Source of the DNA: Candidatus Woesearchaeota archaeon
Lineage (GTDB): Archaea; Nanobdellota; Nanobdellia; Woesearchaeales; GW2011-AR15
Direction of reading: 5' to 3'
DNA: 64,000 bases
Assembly (NCBI GenBank): GCA_016928835.1
Contig: JAFGJW010000001.1
Span: 86,306-150,305 of the forward strand
The notes under the pieces are model-generated. The model was not told the origin of the DNA, did no database searches, and saw only the letters and a list, made by a program, of their open reading frames with translations. Position 1 is the first letter of the stretch, and each line of letters opens with the position of its first letter. Below, in pieces: positions 20,173-29,274 of the stretch. The translations under genes were made by a program, and so were the position numbers.

Positions 20173-21007
20173 AGAACTAGCTATCGAGGACATAAGTTCT
20201 GATGAAGAGGAAGCTTTTACTGGGATTGTGCCTGAAGACACTAAAGTCAGAACAGACTTGGGAGAAAAGGTTAACCGGGGAGAGGTTAAGGATATTGATG
20301 AGATATTAGATAAAGGATACAGGATACAAGAAGCCTGGATAGTTGATGCTCTGGTTCCTAATCTTGAGACAGATCTTCTTTTGATTGGACAATCTAAGGG
20401 GAAATTTGGTGGGGGCAAGAGAAGAGTTTTTAAACAGACCCAGAAAAAGACAAGAGAGGGCAATAAGCCAAGATTTGCCACAATGGCAGTTGTAGGTAAT
20501 AAAAATGGGTACATTGGTTTAGGTTATGGAAAGGCTAAAGAGACTGTCCCTGCAAGAGAAAAAGCGTTCAGAAACGCAAAACTCAATCTTTTTAAAATCA
20601 GAAGAGGATGCGGTTCGTGGGAATGCGGATGTGGCGAACCACATTCATTACCTTTCTGTGTGGAAGGCAAATCAAGCTCAGTCAAGGTCAAATTGATCCC
20701 TGCTCCCAAAGGCACAGGATTATGCACTGAAAGAGAAATAGCAAAAATCCTTGAGATGGCGGGAGTACAGGACGTGTGGTCAAAGACTCTTGGTCAGACA
20801 CGTACTAAGATGAACCTGATTAAAGCGACAGAAAAAGCCTTGAGGAAACTGCTTAAAACGAAAATACATGAGAAACATATAAAAGTGCTGAGTGTCGTTG
20901 AGGGCCGTGTTCAGAAAACAGAGCCTGAACAGCCATCAGAGGAAATTGTTGAAAATAAAAGTTCTAAAAGCAAAAAAGAAGTAAAAGGAAAGAAGAAGAA
21001 AAAATGA
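20126..21007 (+). CDS. rps5: 30S ribosomal protein uS5 with acidic N-terminal and Lys-rich C-terminal extensions
   Basis: S5 dsRBD/S5-C core (MAVVGNKNGYIGLGYGKAKE...). The N-terminus overlaps the uL18 3' end by 47 nt in another frame, within an AAG/GAA repeat tract. Confidence 0.8.
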   Translation: MKKKNQEEEQQQKESEELAIEDISSDEEEAFTGIVPEDTKVRTDLGEKVNRGEVKDIDEILDKGYRIQEAWIVDALVPNLETDLLLIGQSKGKFGGGKRRVFKQTQKKTREGNKPRFATMAVVGNKNGYIGLGYGKAKETVPAREKAFRNAKLNLFKIRRGCGSWECGCGEPHSLPFCVEGKSSSVKVKLIPAPKGTGLCTEREIAKILEMAGVQDVWSKTLGQTRTKMNLIKATEKALRKLLKTKIHEKHIKVLSVVEGRVQKTEPEQPSEEIVENKSSKSKKEVKGKKKKK

Positions 21008-21465
21008 CTGAGCAAAAGCAAACAAAGCAAAAGGAAAAAGAAAGATTAGCTGCTGTTCGTGTTAGAGGAGATATCAAAGCTAGAAGAGATATTAAGGAAA
21101 CGATGAGGCTATTGAACCTCTTTGCACAAAACCATTGTGTTGTTGTAGATAATAACTCTTCAAATAATGGTATGCTCAATAAGGTGAAAGATTATATCAC
21201 CTGGGGAGAGCTAGAACCTGAGTTATATATAGAATTAATAAAAAAACGAGGAGAGAGGTATAAAGGTTTGCTTGAGGATAAAAAGGGAAAGGTGAAATAT
21301 AATAGATTCATCATATACAACAAGATTAAATATAAAAAATATTTTCGTCTAAATCCTCCAAAAGGGGGATATGAGCGTAAAGGTGTTAAAAAGAGTTATG
21401 CCCAGGGCGGTGCTCTTGGTTATAGGGGAAAAGAAATAAACAAATTAATAGAACGGATGCTCTAA
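21004..21465 (+). CDS. rpl30: 50S ribosomal protein uL30
   Basis: AAVRVRGDIKARRDIKETMRLLNL. Confidence 0.85.
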   Translation: MTEQKQTKQKEKERLAAVRVRGDIKARRDIKETMRLLNLFAQNHCVVVDNNSSNNGMLNKVKDYITWGELEPELYIELIKKRGERYKGLLEDKKGKVKYNRFIIYNKIKYKKYFRLNPPKGGYERKGVKKSYAQGGALGYRGKEINKLIERML

Positions 21466-21466
21466 A

Positions 21467-21934
21467 ATGCAACACAGAAGAAAAAAAGTTACAAAGATGA
21501 GGGGCTCAAGGACCCATGGTTATGGCTCTCACAAGAAGCATCGGGGAGCGGGAAGCAGAGGAGGCAGAGGTAGAAGCGGCTCAGGAAAAAGAGGAGATGC
21601 AAAGATAATGAAAATTACTAAGGGCAAGAGATATCTTGGTAAACATGGATTTACAAGTAAATCTGCTCGTCTTATTAAATCAGTTAACATATTCTATCTT
21701 CAAAGTAAACTAGCTTCATTAGTATCAGAGGGGAAGATTAAAAAGGAAAAAGAAAGCTTTATTATCAATCTTAACGATCTCGGATTTAATAAATTACTCT
21801 CAAAAGGCCCGGTAGATCATAAATTTATTATTACAACTAAATATGCTTCAAAAGGTGTAATTGAGCAGGTGAAAAAGGCGGGCGGAGAGGTAATACTACC
21901 TGCTGTAAAAGAAGCTAAACAGGAAAAAGAGTAA
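21467..21934 (+). CDS. rpl15: 50S ribosomal protein uL15
   Basis: Gly/Arg-rich N-terminus (GSRTHGYGSHKKHRGAGSRGGRGRSG). Confidence 0.85.
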   Translation: MQHRRKKVTKMRGSRTHGYGSHKKHRGAGSRGGRGRSGSGKRGDAKIMKITKGKRYLGKHGFTSKSARLIKSVNIFYLQSKLASLVSEGKIKKEKESFIINLNDLGFNKLLSKGPVDHKFIITTKYASKGVIEQVKKAGGEVILPAVKEAKQEKE

Positions 21935-21936
21935 AA

Positions 21937-23373
21937 ATGTCGTTTTTTGACAAGATAATCTTTAATCTGCCAGAGGTGGCAGGACCTAAACAAAAAAAGC
22001 TTCCATTCAAAGAAAAATTGAAATGGACTTTGATTGTTCTAGTTGCTTTTTATATTTTAGGTTTAATAACAATATGGCCGCTTGGAGATAATGCACTGGC
22101 ACAATTTGAATATCTTTCAATCATACTCGGTGCCAAATTTGGTAGTCTAATCTCCCTTGGAATTTCTCCCATTGTTAATGCATCCATTATTCTTCAATTG
22201 CTTAATGGGTCAGGAATCCTTAAATTTAATCTGACAACACCCGAAGGAAGACAACGGTTTGAAGGCGTCCAGAAATTAATGGCAATATTTTTTGCAGTGT
22301 TCATGGCATTAATTTATGTTTTTATGGGGGGCTTAACTCCTCCGGCCCAATATGTTGGTGCTGCGCGAGTGCAGATGCAGCTGTTACTTGTTTTGCAGCT
22401 TTTCTTAGGAGGTATGATAATAATATTTATGGATGAAATAGTGAGCAAATGGGGTTTTGGCTCTGGTGTTTCGCTTTTTATCGCGGCAGGCATAAGCATG
22501 GAGATAGTGCTAAAAGCTTTCTCAATCTCAGATAGTTCAGGTAATCTCCTTTTTAATCCAAACTTTCAGGCTGAACAAATAGTAGGCAGGGTCTGGGGAT
22601 TAATAATATCACTCACAAGACAGGATCTTCAGGGAGCATTACTTGCTCTAGCTGCAATCCTTGCTACAGGAATTGTTTTTTCAATGGCAGTCTATGCTCA
22701 GTCAATGAAAATAGAGATACCTCTCTCATTTGGAAGAGTCAGAGGACATGGCATAAGGTGGCCTTTGCATTTTATCTATACAAGTAATATCCCTGTTATA
22801 CTTGTTGCTTCGTTATTTGCCACAATGCAGCTTTGGGTGAGACTTATGCAGAATTGGATTGGCGGAGGAAATCCTTTACCAATCATTGGAGGCTTTACAG
22901 CCAATGGCTCGCCTGTGGGTCTGATGGAAGTATTGAATGGTCCGAATCTAGTGCAAACCCTTATTGTAAGCAGAGATTTCAGTGTTATTGGTCCGATCTT
23001 ACTAAATTCATTAGTATATATCCTATTAATGGTTATAGGATCTGTTATATTCTCCTTGTTTTGGGTACAGACATCAGGTATGGACGCCCAAAGCCAGGCA
23101 GACCAGATATTAAGCTCTGGATTGCAGATACCTGGTTTTAGGAGAGATCCGAGAATATTGGAGAGGTTATTGAACAGGTATATAGGTCCATTGACAGTTA
23201 TGGGCGCAATTGTGGTAGGATTATTAGCAGCAGTGGCTGATTTGTTTGGGGCATTATCTAGAGGAACAGGAATTTTGTTGACAGTGATGATAGTCTATAA
23301 ACTTTATGAAGACATAGCAAGAGAGCACATGTATGATATGAATCCAATGCTTAGGAAAGTTATGGGAAAGTAG
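21937..23373 (+). CDS. secY: preprotein translocase subunit SecY
   Basis: 10-TM protein at the conserved position after L15 with Sec61/SecY-like loops. Confidence 0.9.
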   Translation: MSFFDKIIFNLPEVAGPKQKKLPFKEKLKWTLIVLVAFYILGLITIWPLGDNALAQFEYLSIILGAKFGSLISLGISPIVNASIILQLLNGSGILKFNLTTPEGRQRFEGVQKLMAIFFAVFMALIYVFMGGLTPPAQYVGAARVQMQLLLVLQLFLGGMIIIFMDEIVSKWGFGSGVSLFIAAGISMEIVLKAFSISDSSGNLLFNPNFQAEQIVGRVWGLIISLTRQDLQGALLALAAILATGIVFSMAVYAQSMKIEIPLSFGRVRGHGIRWPLHFIYTSNIPVILVASLFATMQLWVRLMQNWIGGGNPLPIIGGFTANGSPVGLMEVLNGPNLVQTLIVSRDFSVIGPILLNSLVYILLMVIGSVIFSLFWVQTSGMDAQSQADQILSSGLQIPGFRRDPRILERLLNRYIGPLTVMGAIVVGLLAAVADLFGALSRGTGILLTVMIVYKLYEDIAREHMYDMNPMLRKVMGK

Positions 23374-23389
23374 ATTAAAGTAGATTATA

Positions 23390-24526
23390 TTATTCATATC
23401 TTGTTAATTGATTGCCCCTCATAACAAAAAACGGCCTTTGTGGGAATCCTAATTGTTTATTTTCGCTTCTTCTGGTTTCATATAGGCGATTTTGGGTTAT
23501 AGCGGTCCTTATAGGGATAGTAGTCTTATCACCAGTATCCCAAAGAAAAAATTCACATTCTTGTGGATTCCTTCCTAGAGGTAGCTTGGCATCACCTCTC
23601 CTGATTAACATATCAGCATAGGCTCCAAGACTTAAGACTCTTAATGTTGGTGTGTATTCTGGTTCTTTCGCCCATCTTTCAATAGCCGATTTCTCCAAGT
23701 AAAGTATACTTCCTGGGCCATTTCCTTGTGACAATTGGTGTAATTCTATCACTTTTCTTCTCATTAGGGTCTCATAAACCCATCTACCTAGACATTGCCC
23801 ATAGCATTTAACACTTAATCTTTCAGCATCACGAAAAACACTATTATTCTCCTCAGTTCTTATCCTGTCCAACACAGACAAGTCCAGACCGCCAATATCA
23901 AATCCTATAACATTATGTTTTTGACAAATTTGTTCAATTGACGCATCGAGTTCGCTGAGTGTTAAATCCCCCCGATTAAGACCAGCTGATGCAGGAAAAT
24001 TCTTAATAACATCGAGATCAACACTAATTTGCAAGGTCGATCTTGCCAACCCAACAATACTACCTCGACCTATATGTGCTTCTTCGCTAATACCCTCGGT
24101 GCATGATGGATCTCTAGTAGCAACAGCAACTAATTGGGTGCCAAATATTGTTTCAATAAGCTGAATGTTTTTATTTTGCAGCAGTAAAGCAGAAGCGTGA
24201 TTAGTGCAATCAACAATTCGTTGCTCTCTTGCAGCAGAAAGACAAAAATCAGTATGGGCGTCAAAAGCAGCTTTATAAAAGTCCATTTTAGGAGTTATTA
24301 ATAGTGAGAGATGGTGCCAAAATCCAGTTCCCCATATCAAACCACAATATTCTGGAAATTCTTCCTCTAATGGATGTGTAATTGAAAGTCCCTTGATAAC
24401 AACCTGATCAAGAGGCAACTCTCTAAACTCTACATTTTGGCGAAAGAAGGAATCCCTATTTAAAGCAGCAACAATATATTGTGATTCAGGTTGGTCTGTA
24501 TAATATACAACTACTTTCTCTGACAT
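23390..24526 (-). CDS. ureohydrolase (arginase/agmatinase)-fold protein, divergent
   Basis: A DAHTD motif and a downstream GFDIGGLD block resemble the arginase metal-ligand motifs (DAHTD; SFDVDGLDP), but one Asp is replaced by Gly. The gene is visibly more GC-rich and Arg/Gln-rich than its neighbours. Confidence 0.4.
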   Translation of the reverse strand: MSEKVVVYYTDQPESQYIVAALNRDSFFRQNVEFRELPLDQVVIKGLSITHPLEEEFPEYCGLIWGTGFWHHLSLLITPKMDFYKAAFDAHTDFCLSAAREQRIVDCTNHASALLLQNKNIQLIETIFGTQLVAVATRDPSCTEGISEEAHIGRGSIVGLARSTLQISVDLDVIKNFPASAGLNRGDLTLSELDASIEQICQKHNVIGFDIGGLDLSVLDRIRTEENNSVFRDAERLSVKCYGQCLGRWVYETLMRRKVIELHQLSQGNGPGSILYLEKSAIERWAKEPEYTPTLRVLSLGAYADMLIRRGDAKLPLGRNPQECEFFLWDTGDKTTIPIRTAITQNRLYETRRSENKQLGFPQRPFFVMRGNQLTRYE

Positions 24527-24634
24527 TTTTTGCTTGAAGAATTAGTTTATATTTAAAATTAACTTATCTACTTGAGCTCACTTATCTTTTTATAATCAAT
24601 AACATTTATAAAATCATGCCAAATCTAGATTTAT

Positions 24635-25390
24635 ATGCTTAATGCAATCTTTGATCCAATATTAGGCCCTTTGCTTAAATTGCCTTCTCTTGTAGCTATA
24701 CTTACTATATCGTTAGCAATGTCTGCGCTCATAACTGTCGTATACAAACTACTAACAGATCAAAACCTTATGAAGGATTTGAGAAATGAGATAAATGACC
24801 TGCAGAAAGAGCTGAAGACATTAAAGAACAATCCTAAAAAAGCAATGAAAGTGCAATCTCAGATGATGGAGACTAACAGCAAGTATATGATGCATTCGAT
24901 GAGGCCAACATTATTTACTTTTCTGCCAGTTATTCTTATATTTAGTTGGTTTAACACGCACCTTGGTTATTATCCCCTGCAGCCAGACAATCCATTTGAT
25001 GTAATTGTGATGTTTGACAAGGAAGCGACAGGGACTGCAGTCATGCAGGTGTCAGAGGGACTAACAGCCCTAGATGAAAAAAGCAAAGAGATAATAAGTG
25101 AGAAATTGGTTTGGCATTTGAAAGGAACAGAAGGAAGGCATAACCTTACAATTATCCATAACAACAAAGATTTTAGTAAAGATCTTTTAATTACTGAAAA
25201 AAGAGAATATATTAATCCTATTCAGAAAGTTAGGGGGAACTCAGTGAAAGAAATCATTGTTGGTAATGAGAGGATATACCCTTTTGGGGATCTTAGCTTC
25301 TTTGGCTGGAGACCGGGTTGGCTCGGAACATATATCATCTTTTCTCTGGTATTCAGCATGGCACTCAGAAAACTTCTTAAGATTTACTAG
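24635..25390 (+). CDS. DUF106/EMC3-Oxa1-like membrane insertase homolog (tentative)
   Basis: N-terminal TM, a coiled-coil with Met/Gln-rich segment (LQKELKTL...MKVQSQMMETNSKYM), further TMs and a C-terminal TM. An approx 80-aa soluble insertion is present. Confidence 0.4.
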   Translation: MLNAIFDPILGPLLKLPSLVAILTISLAMSALITVVYKLLTDQNLMKDLRNEINDLQKELKTLKNNPKKAMKVQSQMMETNSKYMMHSMRPTLFTFLPVILIFSWFNTHLGYYPLQPDNPFDVIVMFDKEATGTAVMQVSEGLTALDEKSKEIISEKLVWHLKGTEGRHNLTIIHNNKDFSKDLLITEKREYINPIQKVRGNSVKEIIVGNERIYPFGDLSFFGWRPGWLGTYIIFSLVFSMALRKLLKIY

Positions 25391-26561
25391 TTAAGAGATT
25401 AATAGGGCCTCTGTTTCCCTTATAAACCTGCTCACTAAATCTTATTAATTCTTTCCAGAAAATTTGCTGGTCAACTGATTTAATCCTTTTCTGTGCTCTC
25501 CTTCCCATTTCCTTCCCCTTTCTAAGATTTGTGAGCATATAGACAAGCCCATTTTCAAGACCTTTACTATCCCCCCTTTTACATATATATCCCTCCTTCA
25601 TATGCCTAACATATTCCTCCACGCCCTCGATGTCACTTGAAACAATTGCCAGACCTGTAGCCATTGCTTCCATAAGCACTGTTGGTATGCCTTCATTTAA
25701 TGAGCAGAATACAAAGATATCACTGCTTTTATAATATTCCCTTATACGGCTCCAGGGAACTTTGCCTACAGATATAATCCGCCCCTTGCACCATTTTGGT
25801 ATATCCCAAGAGAATTTTTCTCCCACATGGATTAATTTAACATTGATAAATTTCTTAAATATTACTGGAATAACTCTCTCTAAGTAGATGATTCCCTTTC
25901 TAACTTTTTCTTTGCCAGAAGAGACAAATAATATCTTGGTTCCCTTAATCTTATGCTTCCTGCCTTTATTTAGATACTCAAATTTGATGTCTTTGTTCGG
26001 AACAAAATGTGGAATCTTTTTTACCCCATAATATTTTATGCATTCTCTCCTATTTTCCATTGATGAATATATTATACCAGCGGCTTTTTTTGTTATCAGT
26101 GAATCTATAGGAAGAAACATTGTGAAGTGCAGCCTTCTAGCTATTCTTGATAAAAGGGAAGTTTCCTTTTTTGCAATATCCATATTCCTTAAAAAAGTGC
26201 GTACAGGCTGATCAGGCGCCCTTAAAATATATCTTCTATTAACAACTCCTACTGCCGCATCTCCGTTTGCAATTATTATGTCCCCTTCTCTTAGTTTATT
26301 CTTTTTGAAATAGTTGCTGACATGTAGGGCAAGAATAAGTATGTATGAGATATGTTTGAACAAAGAAAATCCTGCGACAGGGAACCTGTGCACCTCGGCA
26401 TAGTCAAGTTTCTCGTACTTTCTCAAGGTTTTCTTTGTTAATCCGCACAGTATAGTCACGTTATATTTCTTAGAAGCACTTTTGGCAAGTCCTTCAACAA
26501 ATCCATAGTAAGATCCTTTGTTCTCTTCAAAGCCCTGCGAGACAATGTATAACTTATTCAT
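25377..26561 (-). CDS. glycosyltransferase family 4 (GT-B)
   Basis: C-terminal EX7E region (EGIPTVLMEAMATGLAIVSS). Clear paralog of the GT4 at 38400-39599. Confidence 0.75.
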   Translation of the reverse strand: MNKLYIVSQGFEENKGSYYGFVEGLAKSASKKYNVTILCGLTKKTLRKYEKLDYAEVHRFPVAGFSLFKHISYILILALHVSNYFKKNKLREGDIIIANGDAAVGVVNRRYILRAPDQPVRTFLRNMDIAKKETSLLSRIARRLHFTMFLPIDSLITKKAAGIIYSSMENRRECIKYYGVKKIPHFVPNKDIKFEYLNKGRKHKIKGTKILFVSSGKEKVRKGIIYLERVIPVIFKKFINVKLIHVGEKFSWDIPKWCKGRIISVGKVPWSRIREYYKSSDIFVFCSLNEGIPTVLMEAMATGLAIVSSDIEGVEEYVRHMKEGYICKRGDSKGLENGLVYMLTNLRKGKEMGRRAQKRIKSVDQQIFWKELIRFSEQVYKGNRGPINLLTSKS

Positions 26562-26601
26562 TTAGGCTTATGAATATTATCCTATTTAAATTATTTTTTC
26601 C

Positions 26602-27045
26602 TTAGAGATAATATCTTAGTGAGAAAAATGGTCTTTCTTTGTCTTTCTCCTGAAATCCGATTCTTTTATAGAACTCCTTTGCTTCTGCCCTTCGTGTGTT
26701 GACATCAATAAAAGCTGCGCCAAAATCCTGTGCCACCTCAAGCAACTTTAGTGTAAGTGCTTTACCTACGCCCTGGCCTCTGCTTGCTTTATCAACGATA
26801 ACATCCTCTATCACACATACCTTGCCACCTAATTTGTCATAACAGACTATCGAAGCCATGCCAACTATTTTATCATCAATAAATGCAGTATAAACCTGAG
26901 ACTGGTCCAATTGGATGACTTCCTTGTATCTGTCAAATGCAATTGGGGCGTTTTTTGGATATAATTCGCTTAGCAAGACTCTGATTCTTTCATACACCCT
27001 CTTATCTGGTGGTGATTCTATTTTCCTAATGCTGAGCTTAGTCAT
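26602..27045 (-). CDS. GNAT-family N-acetyltransferase
   Basis: Acetyl-CoA binding motif RGQGVGKAL in a 147-aa protein. Confidence 0.7.
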   Translation of the reverse strand: MTKLSIRKIESPPDKRVYERIRVLLSELYPKNAPIAFDRYKEVIQLDQSQVYTAFIDDKIVGMASIVCYDKLGGKVCVIEDVIVDKASRGQGVGKALTLKLLEVAQDFGAAFIDVNTRRAEAKEFYKRIGFQEKDKERPFFSLRYYL

Positions 27046-27048
27046 TTT

Positions 27049-28191
27049 CTATTGTTTGCATTTTTCCAGTGCTTTGCAGATAGTTACAATAATCTTATCC
27101 ATCTGTTTCTTTGTCATTGAGGGAAACATTGGTAAAGTAACAACCCGCTTGGCTACATTTTCTGTTATTGGCAAGTCTCCCTCCCTGCATTTATATTCAT
27201 TCATATAATAAGGATGCAGATGAACTGGAGGCTCAAAATGAACACTGGCTTCAACATTATTGTTTCTTAGGAATATAACAAAGTTGTCTCTGTCCACAGA
27301 TTCACTTACTTGTATAACATACATCTGATAGACGTGATATGCATCCTCTGGCTCAGAAGGAACAGTAATCTGTTTATACCTAGATAAACCTTTGCTCAAG
27401 TATTTAGCATTCTCTCGTCTTTTTTCATTAAATCGGTCTAGTTTTTTAAGTTGTGTCAATCCAAGTACTGCAGATATCTCATTCATCCTAAAATTGTATC
27501 CTGGCATTACTGAAACTCTAATCCACGGCTTATCTAATTTTTCTCTCTCAAATGCTCCTTTTTTAACACCATGACCCCTTATGGTTCTTGCATTTTCTGC
27601 TATCTTCTCATCATTGGTGGTAATCATGCCTCCTTCTCCTGTTGTAATATTCTTGGTTGGGTAAAAACTAAAGCATCCAATATCAAAAGAACCTGTCTTT
27701 TTAGATTGGTATGTACTGCCAATTGCTTCAGCAGAATCTTCAATAACTGTTAAGTCATGATTTGTAGCTATCTCCATAATCTTGTCCATTTTGCAGCTTA
27801 GGCCAGCAAAATGAACTGGCATAATTCCAACAGTATTATGATTGATTTTTTTCATTATGTCTTCAGGACTGATATTCATTGTATCTTTTTCTATATCTGC
27901 AAATACAGGGACACAGCCTGCATTGACTATTGCATTGGCAGAAGCTGGGAATGTAAAACTTGGAAGGATAATCTCACCTTTTAGACTCTTTGCCATTATC
28001 GCTGCTTGAAGTGCTGATGCGCAGGAATTAAGTGAGACAGCATATTTTGCTCCGATATATCCTGCAAATTTTTCCTCAAATTCCTTTACCCTTGGACCAT
28101 GAGCAAGCCATCCTGACTCAAGAACTTCTCCAATTCTTTTTAGCTCTTCCTTTCCAAATCCGGGCTTGCAAAGCGGAACTCTTTCACTCAT
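27049..28191 (-). CDS. DegT/DnrJ/EryC1/StrS-family PLP-dependent sugar aminotransferase
   Basis: Approx 380 aa with the characteristic fold-type I layout. Neighbours are an epimerase and glycosyltransferases. Confidence 0.8.
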   Translation of the reverse strand: MSERVPLCKPGFGKEELKRIGEVLESGWLAHGPRVKEFEEKFAGYIGAKYAVSLNSCASALQAAIMAKSLKGEIILPSFTFPASANAIVNAGCVPVFADIEKDTMNISPEDIMKKINHNTVGIMPVHFAGLSCKMDKIMEIATNHDLTVIEDSAEAIGSTYQSKKTGSFDIGCFSFYPTKNITTGEGGMITTNDEKIAENARTIRGHGVKKGAFEREKLDKPWIRVSVMPGYNFRMNEISAVLGLTQLKKLDRFNEKRRENAKYLSKGLSRYKQITVPSEPEDAYHVYQMYVIQVSESVDRDNFVIFLRNNNVEASVHFEPPVHLHPYYMNEYKCREGDLPITENVAKRVVTLPMFPSMTKKQMDKIIVTICKALEKCKQ

Positions 28192-29146
28192 TTTTCTTAT
28201 AATAATTAAGATATTCTTTTACACCCTTTTCAAGAGGATATTCAGGTTTATAACCTATTCTTTCTTTGGCTTTACTTATATCCAATCCGCCTCTTCTTGG
28301 CAATGAGGGGTCTGCTTCACCAATCTGCATCTTGAGCTTGGGAAAATGTTGCTTTATTATCTTTGCTAACTCTCCTAATGTCCTGCCCTGACCGTATGTA
28401 ATATTAAAAATTTGATTTTCTGCATCAGGGTGCAAGGCAGCTAGCACAAATCCCTGGGCAGTATCCTCTGCATAAGTAAAATCAATCGCACTTGTCGGGT
28501 CATTCACAATAATCTCTTTGCCCTGCAGGGCATTTTCAATGAAGATCTGGACAACCCTTCTATTAATGTCAGTCGGTCCATATACTCCGCTTGGTCTGAT
28601 GATTACATAAGGTAATTTGAACTGTCTACAAAAAGAGCAAGTGAGATACTCTCCTGCTAATTTAACGCCTGCGTATACTCCCCTCGGATTTTTTGGATGG
28701 TTTTCATCTGCCGGGTCACACTCAAAGTCCCCATAGACTGTGCTTGAAGAGGTATAAATAAATCTTATATCAAGATTGAGATCATGTATTGCCTGTATTA
28801 TATTGCCAGTGGCTTTAACACCTTCCAATGCCTCTTCCACATAGATATTTGAAGCTTTTGCCAAAGGTAGACCTGCTAGATGAATAACAGCATCTGGCCT
28901 ATGCTCTTCTAATGCCTTTCGAACTTCACCATAATTGGCTGCATTTCCCCTTATCTCCACAACTTTCTCTGTAATGCCCTTAAACCGCTGTGTTAGAGCT
29001 TTTATTTTATTTTTATCTGGTTGAACTGTTGGCAGATACTGGAAAAATGAGTCAAAAATTATTGGAGTCACATTCTTCTGTACGAGTGCTCTGGCAATAT
29101 AGCTTCCAATAAAGCCAGCCCCCCCAAATAGAAGAATTTTTTTCAT
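28184..29146 (-). CDS. NAD-dependent nucleotide-sugar epimerase/dehydratase (extended SDR)
   Basis: Rossmann GGAGFIGS motif and catalytic YAGVK (YxxxK). Confidence 0.8.
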   Translation of the reverse strand: MKKILLFGGAGFIGSYIARALVQKNVTPIIFDSFFQYLPTVQPDKNKIKALTQRFKGITEKVVEIRGNAANYGEVRKALEEHRPDAVIHLAGLPLAKASNIYVEEALEGVKATGNIIQAIHDLNLDIRFIYTSSSTVYGDFECDPADENHPKNPRGVYAGVKLAGEYLTCSFCRQFKLPYVIIRPSGVYGPTDINRRVVQIFIENALQGKEIIVNDPTSAIDFTYAEDTAQGFVLAALHPDAENQIFNITYGQGRTLGELAKIIKQHFPKLKMQIGEADPSLPRRGGLDISKAKERIGYKPEYPLEKGVKEYLNYYKKNE

Positions 29147-29244
29147 GTGCTCTCTGAAAATAGTCTGGATGTTTTAAATTTTTTGGTTGAATTATATACT
29201 CAAATTATTTTTAGAGAGAAGATAGAAGATTTTATATATTTTTA

Positions 29245-29266
29245 AATACTCTTAATCAAGAGTATT
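29245..29266. promoter_or_regulatory. perfect 9-bp inverted repeat (AATACTCTT-AATC-AAGAGTATT) between a TATA-like tract and the radical-SAM start codon
   Basis: Read directly from the sequence. It lies 9 nt upstream of the ATG at 29275, in the divergent promoter region shared with the epimerase gene. Confidence 0.35.
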
Positions 29267-29274
29267 AATAAAGA

